From positions 1 to 56,562 of the forward strand of contig JBGQHV010000003.1 in NCBI GenBank assembly GCA_041498155.1: DNA of 56,562 nucleotides, in the 5' to 3' direction. A program made the position numbers and the translations under genes. Position 1 is the stretch's first letter, and each line of letters starts with the position of its first letter. Origin of the DNA: Gemmatimonadota bacterium (GTDB lineage: Bacteria > Gemmatimonadota > Gemmatimonadetes > Gemmatimonadales > GWC2-71-9). Under the pieces are notes generated by a model. That model worked only from the letters and a program-made list of their open reading frames with translations. It was not told the origin of the DNA and ran no database searches. Below are positions 20,668 to 30,048 of the stretch, in pieces.

Positions 20668-21833
20668 CGCGGCTCGAAATACACGCGCCGCACCCGGCGC
20701 CGCTCCACCCGCTCGACCACTACCCGGAAACCATCCAGCGTGAGCTCTTCTCCCGCACGGGGCACGCGACCCAGCTCGGAGTAGATCAGCCCGCCGACCG
20801 TCGAGACCTCCGGGTGCGTGAATGGACGGCCCAGGGCCGCCGACAGCTCGTCCAGCCCCACGCCGCCGTCGACCCACACCCGCTCGCCCTCGCGGCGGAT
20901 CTCCGGGGCGGCCTCGGTGTCGTGCTCGTCGCGAATCTCGCCCACGATCTCCTCGAGCACGTCTTCCCGTGTGATGAGTCCCGCTGTCCCACCGAATTCG
21001 TCCACGACGACCGCGAGATGAGCCGGCCCGCGCTGGAAATCACGCAGCTGCGAATCGAGCGTCTTCGTTTCGGGAACGATCGCCGCCGGACGGATCAGAT
21101 CCTGCCAGCGCGAGACCCCGGCGCTGCTTGGCAGCCCCATGGCCAGCGGCACCAGGTCCTTGGCGTATAACACGCCCACGAGATTGTCGGGCGCGCCGTC
21201 GAACACCGGCAGCCGGGTGTGCTCGCTCGACCGGAACCGCTCGAGCACCTCGTCGATCGTCGCCGCCTGGTCGACGCCGATCATGTCGAGTCGGGGCGTC
21301 ATGACCTCGTCTACCGTCGTATCGGCGAGGGAGAACACGCCGAGCAGCACGTCGCGCTCGGTGTCCCCCAGGGCCGGCGTCGCCAGGCCCGTCGCCCCGA
21401 CCAGCGTGTGAAGCCCGCGGTCCACGCCGGTGAGCAGCCGCAGCAGCGGCGCGAATGGGGGCAGGGTGCGCCGTCCCAACGGGAAGGCGAGCGACGCGAG
21501 CTCGGGCGCGAGCCGGGCGATACTGCGCGGCAGCGCGTCCCCCAACACGAAGAGGAGCAGCACGGCGATGCCGACCGCGCCAAGCGCGGCGGCCCAGGGC
21601 CGCTCCCACCAGCGCACGGCGTCGGCTGCGGCCACTGCCCCCAACACGAGGAGCGCGAGCCGGGACACGTGGAAGGCGCGATGCAGCGGGATGCGAGCCC
21701 CGGTGGCGACCGGCGGTGCGTCGCCCAGAGTGTGCGACGTCTCGCCCACGGCCGCTTCCTCCCCCAGCGCGAGGAATCCCGCCCACGCCGCGGCGAGCAC
21801 TGCGACGAGCGCCGCTCCCCAGACGAGCGCCAT
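20664..21833 (-). CDS. HlyC/CorC family (CNNM-CBS-CorC) transporter, copy 1
   Basis: TM region, EVMTPRLDM, HTRLPVF, VVDEFGGTAGLIT.EDVLEEIVGEI.DEHD, TVGGLI. Confidence 0.92.
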   Translation of the reverse strand: MALVWGAALVAVLAAAWAGFLALGEEAAVGETSHTLGDAPPVATGARIPLHRAFHVSRLALLVLGAVAAADAVRWWERPWAAALGAVGIAVLLLFVLGDALPRSIARLAPELASLAFPLGRRTLPPFAPLLRLLTGVDRGLHTLVGATGLATPALGDTERDVLLGVFSLADTTVDEVMTPRLDMIGVDQAATIDEVLERFRSSEHTRLPVFDGAPDNLVGVLYAKDLVPLAMGLPSSAGVSRWQDLIRPAAIVPETKTLDSQLRDFQRGPAHLAVVVDEFGGTAGLITREDVLEEIVGEIRDEHDTEAAPEIRREGERVWVDGGVGLDELSAALGRPFTHPEVSTVGGLIYSELGRVPRAGEELTLDGFRVVVERVERRRVRRVYFEPR

Positions 21834-22300
21834 CACCGAGCCCCCCCGCTCACCAGGCGGCGCACATAGCGCTCCTGGCGGCGCCACATCGAGGAGCGCA
21901 TCCGGCCAGCGCCTTCCGGATGATCGTAGCCCAGTACGTGGAGCGTCCCGTGAACGGCCAGACGCACCAGCTCTTCCCCGACCGCTGCCCGCCCCCGTCC
22001 CTTGGGCGCCTCGCTCCCCTGCCCTCGGGCGTAACGCTCGGCCGCGGCGGGACAGACGTACACATCCCCCAGGACGCGGCCATCGGGCTGGGGCAGGGTG
22101 AACGCCAACACGTCGGTGAGTCCCCGTCGCCCGGTGACGCGGCGGTTCAGCCGTCGCATCGCCGGCGCATCGAGGAACGCCAACTCGACGCGCGTGTCGC
22201 GCGCCCCTTCCCAGCGCAGCACCCGCGCGGCCACCCGGGCCAGACGCTCAGCTGCCGGCGGCCGGACGCGCCGGCTGCCAGGCTTTCGTGATGCCGCCAC
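21833..22300 (-). CDS. ybeY: rRNA maturation endoribonuclease YbeY (start uncertain)
   Basis: MRRLN, TDVLAF, LGDVYVC, HGTLHVLGYDH. Confidence 0.9.
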   Translation of the reverse strand: MAASRKPGSRRVRPPAAERLARVAARVLRWEGARDTRVELAFLDAPAMRRLNRRVTGRRGLTDVLAFTLPQPDGRVLGDVYVCPAAAERYARGQGSEAPKGRGRAAVGEELVRLAVHGTLHVLGYDHPEGAGRMRSSMWRRQERYVRRLVSGGAR

Positions 22301-24428
22301 TGGACTCGGGGTAGTCGATGCGGTTGTGGTACATCCCGGTGAGCACGCGCACGAATTCCGCGCGCACCTGGTCGAGCTGCTGCAGGGTGAGCGGCGCCTC
22401 GTCCAGCTCGCCCGCCGTGAGCCGTCCTTTCACGATCTGGTCGATCGCCGCTTGCAGCTTGGCGGGCGTCAGCACTTCGAGCACCCGTAACGAGGCTTCG
22501 ACCGAGTCGGCGAGCATCGCGATAGCGGTCTCCACCGAGCGCGGTCGTGGGCCCGGGTAGCGAAAGTCCTCGCGCCGCACACCGGGCTCGCCCTGCTTCT
22601 TGGCGCGATCGTAGAAATAGGCGATCTCGGTCGTCCCATGATGCTCGGGAATGAAGGCGGTCACGATTTCGGGGAGGCCGGCCTCCCGCGACAATCGCAG
22701 GCCCTCCGTCACGTGCAACCGGATGATCTCGGCCGATTGCGCCGCCGGGAGACGGTCGTGCGGATTGCCGCCCAGCGCCTGGTTCTCGACGAAGTACTGC
22801 GGGCTGGCCAGCTTGCCGATGTCGTGGTAGTAGCACCCCACCCGTCCTAGCAGTCCGTTCGCGCCGATCCGGTTGCACGCCGCCTCGACGAGGTTCGCCA
22901 TCGCCACGCTGTGCGCGTAGGTCCCGGGCGCCTCGAGCGACAGCCTCCGCAGCAGCGGGCGCGAAGGATCGGACAGCTCGAGCAGCGTAAGGTCGGTCGT
23001 GATCCCGGCGACCCGCTCGGCCATCGGCAACAGGAGAATCGTAAGGGACGCCGACACGAGTCCGTTCGCCGTGCCGAACAGCGCGCGCGTCCCGATCTCC
23101 CGCAACGGCCAGTCGCTCGCCAGGCCGAGGGCGAGCGTCCCCACCAGGTAGCCCAACCCCACCAGCAGCACCGCCAGGTACAGGTGCGTCCGGCGACGCA
23201 GCGTCTTCACCGAGAGCGCCGCCGTCACCCCGCCCGTGAAGCACAGAAAGAGCACGGGCGAATCCTGGAACACCGGCTGGGTGCCGATGAGCACGGCGAG
23301 GATCATGGCCGCGATCATCGAGACGCGGCCGTTGAACAGCACCGTGAGCATCATCGCCGTGAACGGGAGCAGGATCAGCTCGCCGTGGGCCGGGGCGGTG
23401 CGGGCCACGGCCGCGGCGGCGAGGATAGTGCACGCGAAGAACCCGGACACCGTGCCGACCTGCCGCACCTTGGCATAGGTCTCGCGGCGATAGAAGAACA
23501 TCAGGACCCAGAAGACCGACACGATCAACAGATTGCGCAGCAGCGTGCCGATGGTGCCACCTACCGTACTGCTCGTCGCCGCGCCACGTCGGACGAGCTC
23601 CGCGTGCAGCGCCGAGAGGCGCTCCTCGGTCGGGCCCGTGACAATCTGTCCGGCCGTGACAAGCACGTCGCCCTGGCGTACCGCGTACTTGCTCCGTTCC
23701 ACTCCCGCGGCGAGCTCGCTCTTGCGCCGCGCCGTCTCGAGGTCGTTACGCACCAGCGTAGGGCGGAACAGGCGTCGCACCACCTTGAGGAAGACCAGGT
23801 CGCCGGTGCTCGAGCCAGGATCCGGATGCATCGCCTGGGCGCTCTGCAGCACCCCGCTGAATGTGAACACCTGGCCGCGCGGCACCGGGGTTTCGGCGGC
23901 GCCGCGTCGCACGATGAGCTCGGGCCCGGAATCGGGCTCCAAGGTCATGGCGGTCCCCGGCGCCAGGGTGCGCTCGAACAGATCGGTCACCGCCCGCTCC
24001 AGCGAATGACGCCGGCCCGCTTTCGTCAGGTAATCCGCGTCCGCGCCGGAGAGCGGGACCCCCGCGCGCTGCGCAGCCAGGGTGATGGAGTCGCGACCCT
24101 TACGCGCGGCGCTGTCGACGGCGGCGAAGAACGCGCGGGATGTCGCCTTCACGCTGTCATAGGCCGCCGCGCGGAACTCGTAGATCGGGCGGGCCGTGGC
24201 CGCCACGGCGTCCGCTTCGCGGCGCAGCTCCTCGTCGCTCTTCGACACGACGAAATCGAAGGGCGCGACGACCTCCCGGTCGGCACGCACGCCGATCGTG
24301 AGCAAGGGAGCGAGATCGGTGACCCCGGAGGGGAACGCGACCTGGGCGAGGACGGCGAGGCCCACCACCCACACCCAGCGCGCGAAGTGATAGCGCGCGA
24401 CAGCGCCGCGCGTCGGCTTGGCGCCCAT
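22248..24428 (-). CDS. 7TM-HDIG phosphohydrolase, PgpH-like
   Basis: Extracellular domain, multi-TM region, EAPGTYAHS, YYHDIGK, YFVENQ, EHHGTT, FRYPGPRP, LADSVEA. Lies between phoH and ybeY. Confidence 0.92.
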   Translation of the reverse strand: MGAKPTRGAVARYHFARWVWVVGLAVLAQVAFPSGVTDLAPLLTIGVRADREVVAPFDFVVSKSDEELRREADAVAATARPIYEFRAAAYDSVKATSRAFFAAVDSAARKGRDSITLAAQRAGVPLSGADADYLTKAGRRHSLERAVTDLFERTLAPGTAMTLEPDSGPELIVRRGAAETPVPRGQVFTFSGVLQSAQAMHPDPGSSTGDLVFLKVVRRLFRPTLVRNDLETARRKSELAAGVERSKYAVRQGDVLVTAGQIVTGPTEERLSALHAELVRRGAATSSTVGGTIGTLLRNLLIVSVFWVLMFFYRRETYAKVRQVGTVSGFFACTILAAAAVARTAPAHGELILLPFTAMMLTVLFNGRVSMIAAMILAVLIGTQPVFQDSPVLFLCFTGGVTAALSVKTLRRRTHLYLAVLLVGLGYLVGTLALGLASDWPLREIGTRALFGTANGLVSASLTILLLPMAERVAGITTDLTLLELSDPSRPLLRRLSLEAPGTYAHSVAMANLVEAACNRIGANGLLGRVGCYYHDIGKLASPQYFVENQALGGNPHDRLPAAQSAEIIRLHVTEGLRLSREAGLPEIVTAFIPEHHGTTEIAYFYDRAKKQGEPGVRREDFRYPGPRPRSVETAIAMLADSVEASLRVLEVLTPAKLQAAIDQIVKGRLTAGELDEAPLTLQQLDQVRAEFVRVLTGMYHNRIDYPESSGGITKAWQPARPAAGS

Positions 24429-25390
24429 CAGCCCTGCGCGTCCTCGGCGTACGCGCGGATGATATCCCGCACCAGCCGGTGCCGGACCACGTCGGTGTCC
24501 GCGAGATAGCAGAACCCGATGCCCTCGATGCCGGGCAGAATCCGTTCGATCTGCAGCAACCCCGAATCCTCGCGGTTCGCGAGATCGATCTGGGTTTTGT
24601 CCCCGGTGATCACCGCGCGCGAGTTCACGCCCAGCCGCGTGAGGAACATCTTCATCTGCATACCGGTGGCGTTCTGCGCTTCGTCGAGGATCACGAACGC
24701 ATCGGACAACGTGCGCCCGCGCATGTAGGCGAGCGGAGCGATCTCGATGACGCGGGTCTCCAGCGCCTTCTGGACGCGGTCGCGCGGCATCATGTCTTCC
24801 AGCGCGTCATACAGCGGCCGCAGATACGGATCCACCTTCTCCTGCAGGTCACCAGGCAGGAAGCCCAGATTCTCCCCGGCCTCCACGGCCGGCCGCGCCA
24901 GGATGATGCGACGCACCCGCTTGCGCGCCAGCGCGTCGACCGCCGCAGCGACGGCGAGGTAAGTCTTCCCCGTGCCCGCCGGCCCGATCCCCACCACGAT
25001 GTCGTGTTGCGCGATGAGCGCGAGGTAATCCCGCTGGCCGGCCGTCTTCGGCTGGATGACCCGGCGCAGCCCGGGGAGGATGATCTTCGTCTCACCGGCC
25101 GCCGGAGCGCCTTCGGTGAGAGTCCCCGCCTCTCCCTCCAGCACCAGCCGCTCGACGTCGTGGACGTCGAGCATTTCGCCCATGCGGGCGAGATCCACCA
25201 TCGCCTGGGCCACCGGTGCCGCGCGTTCGACCGCGGCCGTCGGTCCCTGCAGCGTGAGGTTGTCGCCGCGCAGTGATAGGCGCACCCCCAGACGGCGCGT
25301 GAGCTCGACGAGGTTGCCGTCGTTCACGCCGGCCAGCGACAGCAGATCCACCCCTTCCACGGAAAAGCGCCGGACCGCGTCTTCGCTCAC
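24428..25390 (-). CDS. phoH: PhoH family ATPase (YbeZ-type)
   Basis: GPAGTGKTYLA, RPAVEAGE.LGFLPG, PLAYMRGRTL, DEAQN, VVRH. GTG at 25390 overlaps the aspS TGA. Confidence 0.95.
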   Translation of the reverse strand: MSEDAVRRFSVEGVDLLSLAGVNDGNLVELTRRLGVRLSLRGDNLTLQGPTAAVERAAPVAQAMVDLARMGEMLDVHDVERLVLEGEAGTLTEGAPAAGETKIILPGLRRVIQPKTAGQRDYLALIAQHDIVVGIGPAGTGKTYLAVAAAVDALARKRVRRIILARPAVEAGENLGFLPGDLQEKVDPYLRPLYDALEDMMPRDRVQKALETRVIEIAPLAYMRGRTLSDAFVILDEAQNATGMQMKMFLTRLGVNSRAVITGDKTQIDLANREDSGLLQIERILPGIEGIGFCYLADTDVVRHRLVRDIIRAYAEDAQG

Positions 25391-27153
25391 GGCACCGTCC
25401 GGATGTGGAGCGTCGCGAGATCTTCCGCGCGCGCCGGTGCGGGCGCCCCCTCGAACAGGGCCCGCGCCGCCGCGGTCTTGGGGAACGCGATCACGTCGCG
25501 CAAACTGCCAGCGCCCGCCAGCAGCATCGTCGTTCGATCGAATCCGATGGCGAATCCACCGTGCGGCGGCGCGCCGGCCGCCAGGGCGCCCAGGAGGAAC
25601 CCGAACCGCGCCTCGGCCTCCTCGGACGTCAGGCCCAGATGTTCGAACACCCGCCGTTGAATCACGGGATCCGTGATCCGGATGGAGCCCGAGCCGAGCT
25701 CGTTGCCGTTGTATACGGCATCGTAGTGCTGCGCGCGACACGCGAACGGCTCGCGATCGAGCTTCGCCAGGTCGTCCGGGTGCGGCGACGTGAACGGGTG
25801 ATGGGCGAACACCGGGGCGCCCGTGTCCGGATCCGGCTCGAACAGGGGAAAGTCCACCACCCAGCAGAAAGCGTGCGCCGTACGCGGCGTCGGACCGAGC
25901 CGCCGGATCACGTCCTGCCGCACCCGATCGAGCACCGGCGACGTCACCCGGTCCGGACCGACGGTCATCAGCGCCGCGTCGCCGTCCCCGATGCCCAGCT
26001 GGCCTAGCGCGTCGAGCGTGAATTGCTTGGCCACCGATCCCGACAGGTCCCCGCCTTGCCGCTTCACCCACGCGAGGCCCGCGCCGCCCAGCTGCTTCGC
26101 CGCCGCCGCGAGCTGGTCGACGTCCTTGCGTGACAGCGCGCCGCCGCCGCGGACGGCGATCCCGCGGACGCGCGCCCCGTTGGTCAAGGCGGACTCGAAG
26201 AACGGGACCGCCAGCGGCCGCACCGCGGCCGTCCAGTCCGCGATCTCCAGCTCGTAGCGCAGGTCGGGCTTGTCCGAGCCGTAGCGTTCCATCGCCTCGC
26301 GCCACTGCAGCCGCGGGAACGGTCGCGGGATCACGTGCCCGGCCTCCTCCCACAAAGCGACCAACACCGCCTCCACGAACCCGAGCACGTCCTCCTGGCC
26401 CACGAATGACGCTTCGATATCGATCTGTGTGAACTCGGGCTGGCGGTCGTTGCGCGAGTCTTCGTCGCGAAAGCAGCGCGCCAGCTGGAAGTAGCGGTCG
26501 AATCCCGAGACCATGAGGAGCTGCTTGTAGATCTGGGGCGACTGGGGAAGCGCGTAGAACTCTCCCGGATGCACGCGCGACGGGACCAGGTAGTCGCGCG
26601 CGCCTTCGGGGGTCGGCTTGGTGAGAATCGGCGTTTCGATCTCGAGGAACTCCAGCTCGGAGAGCGTCCGACGCGCCCGCTGCAGCAGGCGATGACGCAG
26701 CATCAGATTCGCCTGGAGCTCGGGGCGACGGAGGTCCAGATGACGATACTTGAGCCGCAGCTCCTCGGCCGGGAGCTCCTCGCCTTTGCCGCGCGCGACC
26801 GGAATGGCCGGCGTGCCGGCCGGCCCCACGACGCGCAGCGAGCGGGCGTGCACCTCGATCTCACCCGTCAGGAGATCGGTGTTCTGCATGTTGGCCGGAC
26901 GCGCCACGACCTCACCGTCCACCAGGACGACGGACTCCACGCCCACCGATTGCGCCGCCGCGACGATGTCGGCCGACGCCCACGCGGGACCGATCGCCAC
27001 CTGCACCAGGCCATCGCGATCGCGCAGGTCGAGGAATACGATGCCGCCCAGGTCGCGGCGCCGATGCACCCATCCACCCAATCGCACCGAGCGCCCCGCG
27101 TCCGAACGGCGCAGGGCGCCACACCGATGCGTCCGCAAAGTCGTCCCACTCAC
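25387..27153 (-). CDS. aspS: Aspartate--tRNA ligase
   Basis: RTHRCG, FLDLRDR, TPEGARDY, LPQSPQ, RQPEFTQ, GSIRI, PPHGG, VIAFPK. Confidence 0.97.
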   Translation of the reverse strand: MSGTTLRTHRCGALRRSDAGRSVRLGGWVHRRRDLGGIVFLDLRDRDGLVQVAIGPAWASADIVAAAQSVGVESVVLVDGEVVARPANMQNTDLLTGEIEVHARSLRVVGPAGTPAIPVARGKGEELPAEELRLKYRHLDLRRPELQANLMLRHRLLQRARRTLSELEFLEIETPILTKPTPEGARDYLVPSRVHPGEFYALPQSPQIYKQLLMVSGFDRYFQLARCFRDEDSRNDRQPEFTQIDIEASFVGQEDVLGFVEAVLVALWEEAGHVIPRPFPRLQWREAMERYGSDKPDLRYELEIADWTAAVRPLAVPFFESALTNGARVRGIAVRGGGALSRKDVDQLAAAAKQLGGAGLAWVKRQGGDLSGSVAKQFTLDALGQLGIGDGDAALMTVGPDRVTSPVLDRVRQDVIRRLGPTPRTAHAFCWVVDFPLFEPDPDTGAPVFAHHPFTSPHPDDLAKLDREPFACRAQHYDAVYNGNELGSGSIRITDPVIQRRVFEHLGLTSEEAEARFGFLLGALAAGAPPHGGFAIGFDRTTMLLAGAGSLRDVIAFPKTAAARALFEGAPAPARAEDLATLHIRTVP

Positions 27154-27155
27154 TC

Positions 27156-27611
27156 CTACGCGCCCTCCGCTTCGAGAATCGCCCGGTAGAATTCCTGCGG
27201 CGTCCGTGCGGCCAGCAGCCGTGCCCGAACCCCTTCCTGGCGTACCAGCCGCGAGATCCGGCTCAGCGCTTTCACGTGCGCCCCTGCCATCGCTTCCGGC
27301 CCCGCCAGCAGAAAGAACAGCCGCACCGGCTGACCGTCGATGGTTTCGTACCGCACCGGGTTCGGGCTGGTGCCCGCCACGATGCCCAGGCCCGCCATCG
27401 CCGGTGAGCGTCCGTGTGGCACCGCCACGCCATGCCCGATCCCCGTCGGAAACTGACGCTCCCGCTCCAGGATCGCCGCCAGCACCTCTTCGCCCAGGCC
27501 CCCGTCGCCGGGAAGCAGGATCCCCACCAGTTCCCGCAGCACCCCCTCCTTATCGCTGGCCTGGAGCGGGATGCGGATCCGGTCGGGAGTGAGCAGGTCG
27601 GTCAGGCGCAC
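27156..27611 (-). CDS. PTS IIA (Ntr/Fru-type) domain protein
   Basis: ILERE..PTGIGHGVAVPH, DGQPVRLFF, HVKALSRISR. Confidence 0.9.
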   Translation of the reverse strand: MRLTDLLTPDRIRIPLQASDKEGVLRELVGILLPGDGGLGEEVLAAILERERQFPTGIGHGVAVPHGRSPAMAGLGIVAGTSPNPVRYETIDGQPVRLFFLLAGPEAMAGAHVKALSRISRLVRQEGVRARLLAARTPQEFYRAILEAEGA

Positions 27612-27639
27612 GGCGTCCCGTAAGTGGTGTAAACTGTTG

Positions 27640-27668
27640 AATGTAGTTAAGTTGGGCGAACAGCGCTA
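27640..27668 (-). promoter_or_regulatory. Possible promoter of the long PTS-aspS operon
   Basis: TAGCGC, 17 nt spacer, TACATT (27645-27640) in an AT-rich divergent intergenic region. Confidence 0.4.
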
Positions 27669-27691
27669 CGGCACTCCCTGAACCCAAAATC

Positions 27692-28591
27692 ATGCGTTCC
27701 TCCGGTCTCTTTCTCCTGCTCGCGGTCACCGTCCCCGCCCGGACCCTCCCCGGCCAGGCCGCCGCCGGAAGCGAACTGTGGCGGCTGGCGGCAGCCACGG
27801 TGCCCCTTCCCGCGGCGCTCGCGTCCGGGGCGGCCGCGTCGTTCTGGAATCCGGCGCAAGGGATGTCGGGCCGAGGACAGATCGGGTTGGACCTGATCCA
27901 GACGCCGGCCGCCGTGGGCGCCACCGGCTTGATCGGCGCGATCCGGCTGCCGTTCGCGCATGTGGGAACGGTCGGCTTCGTGTACGCCCGGATGGGGCTG
28001 GGAGACCTGGTCCGCACCACCGACAGCCCCGATCCCGACGGCACGACGATTCCGTTTTACACGCAAAGCGCCAGCGCCACGTGGGCCCGGGCGCTCGGCA
28101 CGACGAGTCTCGGCGCGGCCCTGACCTACCACGACACCCGGTTCGACGGAACGCGGATCGATCGGTGGACGCTCGACCTGGGCGTCACCGAATCGCTGCT
28201 CGGGAACCGGCTGCGCGTCGCGGCAGGAACCAGAGGGATGCGGCGGCTGGGGAACGATCCCGCGCAGGACGTGAACGTCGGATTCGAGTTTCGGGCCTGG
28301 CGCGGCACGCTCTGGGGCACGACCGCCGGAGCATTGGTGGCGCGCTACGGAATCGCGTTCGGCCACCCCGGCGGCACCGATCACCAGCTCGGCGCCGGTC
28401 TCGAGGTGGGGACGTCGCTGTCGTTCGACGCGATTCTCGCCCGTGAGGCAAGCTACGGAAACGCCGCCTGGCGTAGCGCCGCGGGCGTTCGCATCGCGGT
28501 GGGCCGGTACCGGATGTCGTTCGCGCGCGACGGCGGCGTGTCGGACCTGGGCTCCACCTTTCGCGTGGGGCTCGAGGCGCGCCTCAAGTGA
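27692..28591 (+). CDS. Secreted putative beta-barrel outer-membrane protein (PorV/PorQ/FadL-like)
   Basis: Signal peptide, ASFWNPA motif, alternating hydrophobic strands, C-terminal FRVGLEARL strand. Confidence 0.55.
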   Translation: MRSSGLFLLLAVTVPARTLPGQAAAGSELWRLAAATVPLPAALASGAAASFWNPAQGMSGRGQIGLDLIQTPAAVGATGLIGAIRLPFAHVGTVGFVYARMGLGDLVRTTDSPDPDGTTIPFYTQSASATWARALGTTSLGAALTYHDTRFDGTRIDRWTLDLGVTESLLGNRLRVAAGTRGMRRLGNDPAQDVNVGFEFRAWRGTLWGTTAGALVARYGIAFGHPGGTDHQLGAGLEVGTSLSFDAILAREASYGNAAWRSAAGVRIAVGRYRMSFARDGGVSDLGSTFRVGLEARLK

Positions 28592-29658
28592 CGGACCTGC
28601 TCTCGCTCACCCCCACGGACGCCGGTAGCGCGCTGGCACAGTGGCTGGAGCAGCGAGGCGAGCCGGTTTACCGGCTGCGTCAGATCGTTCCGCGCCTGTG
28701 GCAGCGCCCGGTGGCCGCGTGGAGCGACGCCAGTGATCTCCCGGCTCCGTTGCGGGCCGCGCTGAGCGACGCTTTCCCGCTGCCGCGGCTCACGCTGGCG
28801 GTCCATCAGGTGTCCCGCGACGGTACCGAGAAATACCTCTGGCGCCTGGCGGACGGCGAGGCGATCGAATCCGTGCTCATTCCGGAGGGAAAGCGACGCA
28901 CGCTGTGCATCTCGTCGCAGGTCGGCTGTGCCTTGGGATGTGTGTTCTGCGCCACCGGGCGGATGGGGTGGCGCCGTCACCTCACTCCCGGAGAGATCGC
29001 CGGTCAGGTCCGGGAGGTGATGCTGCTGGATGTCGCCAAGCGTCCCACCAACGTGGTCTTCATGGGTATGGGCGAGCCACTGCTCAACTGGGACGCGGTG
29101 AACATCGCGCTGACCATTCTGAACGACGCCCAGGGCTGCGGCATCGGCGCGCGGCACATCACGCTGTCGACGGTCGGAATCCTCCCCAACCTCGCGCTCT
29201 TCGCGAAGCGGCCGGAACAGTTCCGGCTCGCGTTGTCGTTGCACGCACCGACCGCGGCGGCTCGCCGGGCACTGATGCCGATTGAGAAGAAGTACGCGCT
29301 CCCGGACGTGTTGCAGGCACTGCGACAGTTCTCGCGCCGGGTGACGCTAGAGTACGTCCTGATCGGCGGGGCGAACGATTCCCTGGAGGCGGCGGACGCT
29401 CTCGCGGCGATCGCCCGACCGCTTGCGGCGCATGTGAATCTGCTGCCGCTCCACCCTGGCGGAGCGCCCGACCTCACGCCCAGCCCGCGGGCGCAGATGC
29501 TGGCGTTTGAGCGGCGGCTGCGCGGGCATGGAGTCGAAGCCGTGCTGCGGCGCAGCCGCGGGCTGGATATCAGCGCCGCGTGTGGACAGCTACGGGTGGA
29601 GCTCGACCGGCGCCCGCGCGACAAAGTCGGCGCCCAGGAGCACGCTCACGTCGACTAA
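28588..29658 (+). CDS. rlmN: 23S rRNA m2A2503 methyltransferase RlmN
   Basis: CISSQVGCALGCVFC, VFMGMGEP, LSTVG, SLHAP, DISAACGQL. Confidence 0.96.
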   Translation: MTDLLSLTPTDAGSALAQWLEQRGEPVYRLRQIVPRLWQRPVAAWSDASDLPAPLRAALSDAFPLPRLTLAVHQVSRDGTEKYLWRLADGEAIESVLIPEGKRRTLCISSQVGCALGCVFCATGRMGWRRHLTPGEIAGQVREVMLLDVAKRPTNVVFMGMGEPLLNWDAVNIALTILNDAQGCGIGARHITLSTVGILPNLALFAKRPEQFRLALSLHAPTAAARRALMPIEKKYALPDVLQALRQFSRRVTLEYVLIGGANDSLEAADALAAIARPLAAHVNLLPLHPGGAPDLTPSPRAQMLAFERRLRGHGVEAVLRRSRGLDISAACGQLRVELDRRPRDKVGAQEHAHVD

Positions 29659-30048
29659 CCGGGTCGAGTCGAGCTGCACCGCCACCGTTCCCACCTTGAG
29701 CGCGCGCCGTACCCGTTCCCCCGCCCCGCGGTCGCCGCGGCGCACGAGGATGCGCGTGGAGTCCGCCCCGCGATCGCCGAGGGCCTCACCATTGCCGTAG
29801 CTCACCACGTCGATACCCGCCCGCCGCAACACGCGTGTGCCGGTGCGGGCCAGGCCCGACGTACCCGTCGTGTTGAGCACTTCCACGACGATGCGCGGGC
29901 CGCCCTCTCCCGGCACCTCGAAGGCGGGCCGGTCGTCCCCGTGGCGGCAGGCCGCGAGGGCGGCGAGCCCGACGATCAGGCCGAGACGAGCGCGTTCCAG
30001 AAGGCGACCGTCTCGGGTTTCAGACACCAGTGCGACTGGATGATCCAT
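29590..30048 (-). CDS. Stand-alone LytR C-terminal domain protein, possible lipoprotein (start uncertain)
   Basis: VEVLNTTGTSGLA, GIDVVSYGN, DVSVLLGADF; lipobox-like LAALAAC. Confidence 0.8.
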   Translation of the reverse strand: MDHPVALVSETRDGRLLERARLGLIVGLAALAACRHGDDRPAFEVPGEGGPRIVVEVLNTTGTSGLARTGTRVLRRAGIDVVSYGNGEALGDRGADSTRILVRRGDRGAGERVRRALKVGTVAVQLDSTRLVDVSVLLGADFVARAPVELHP

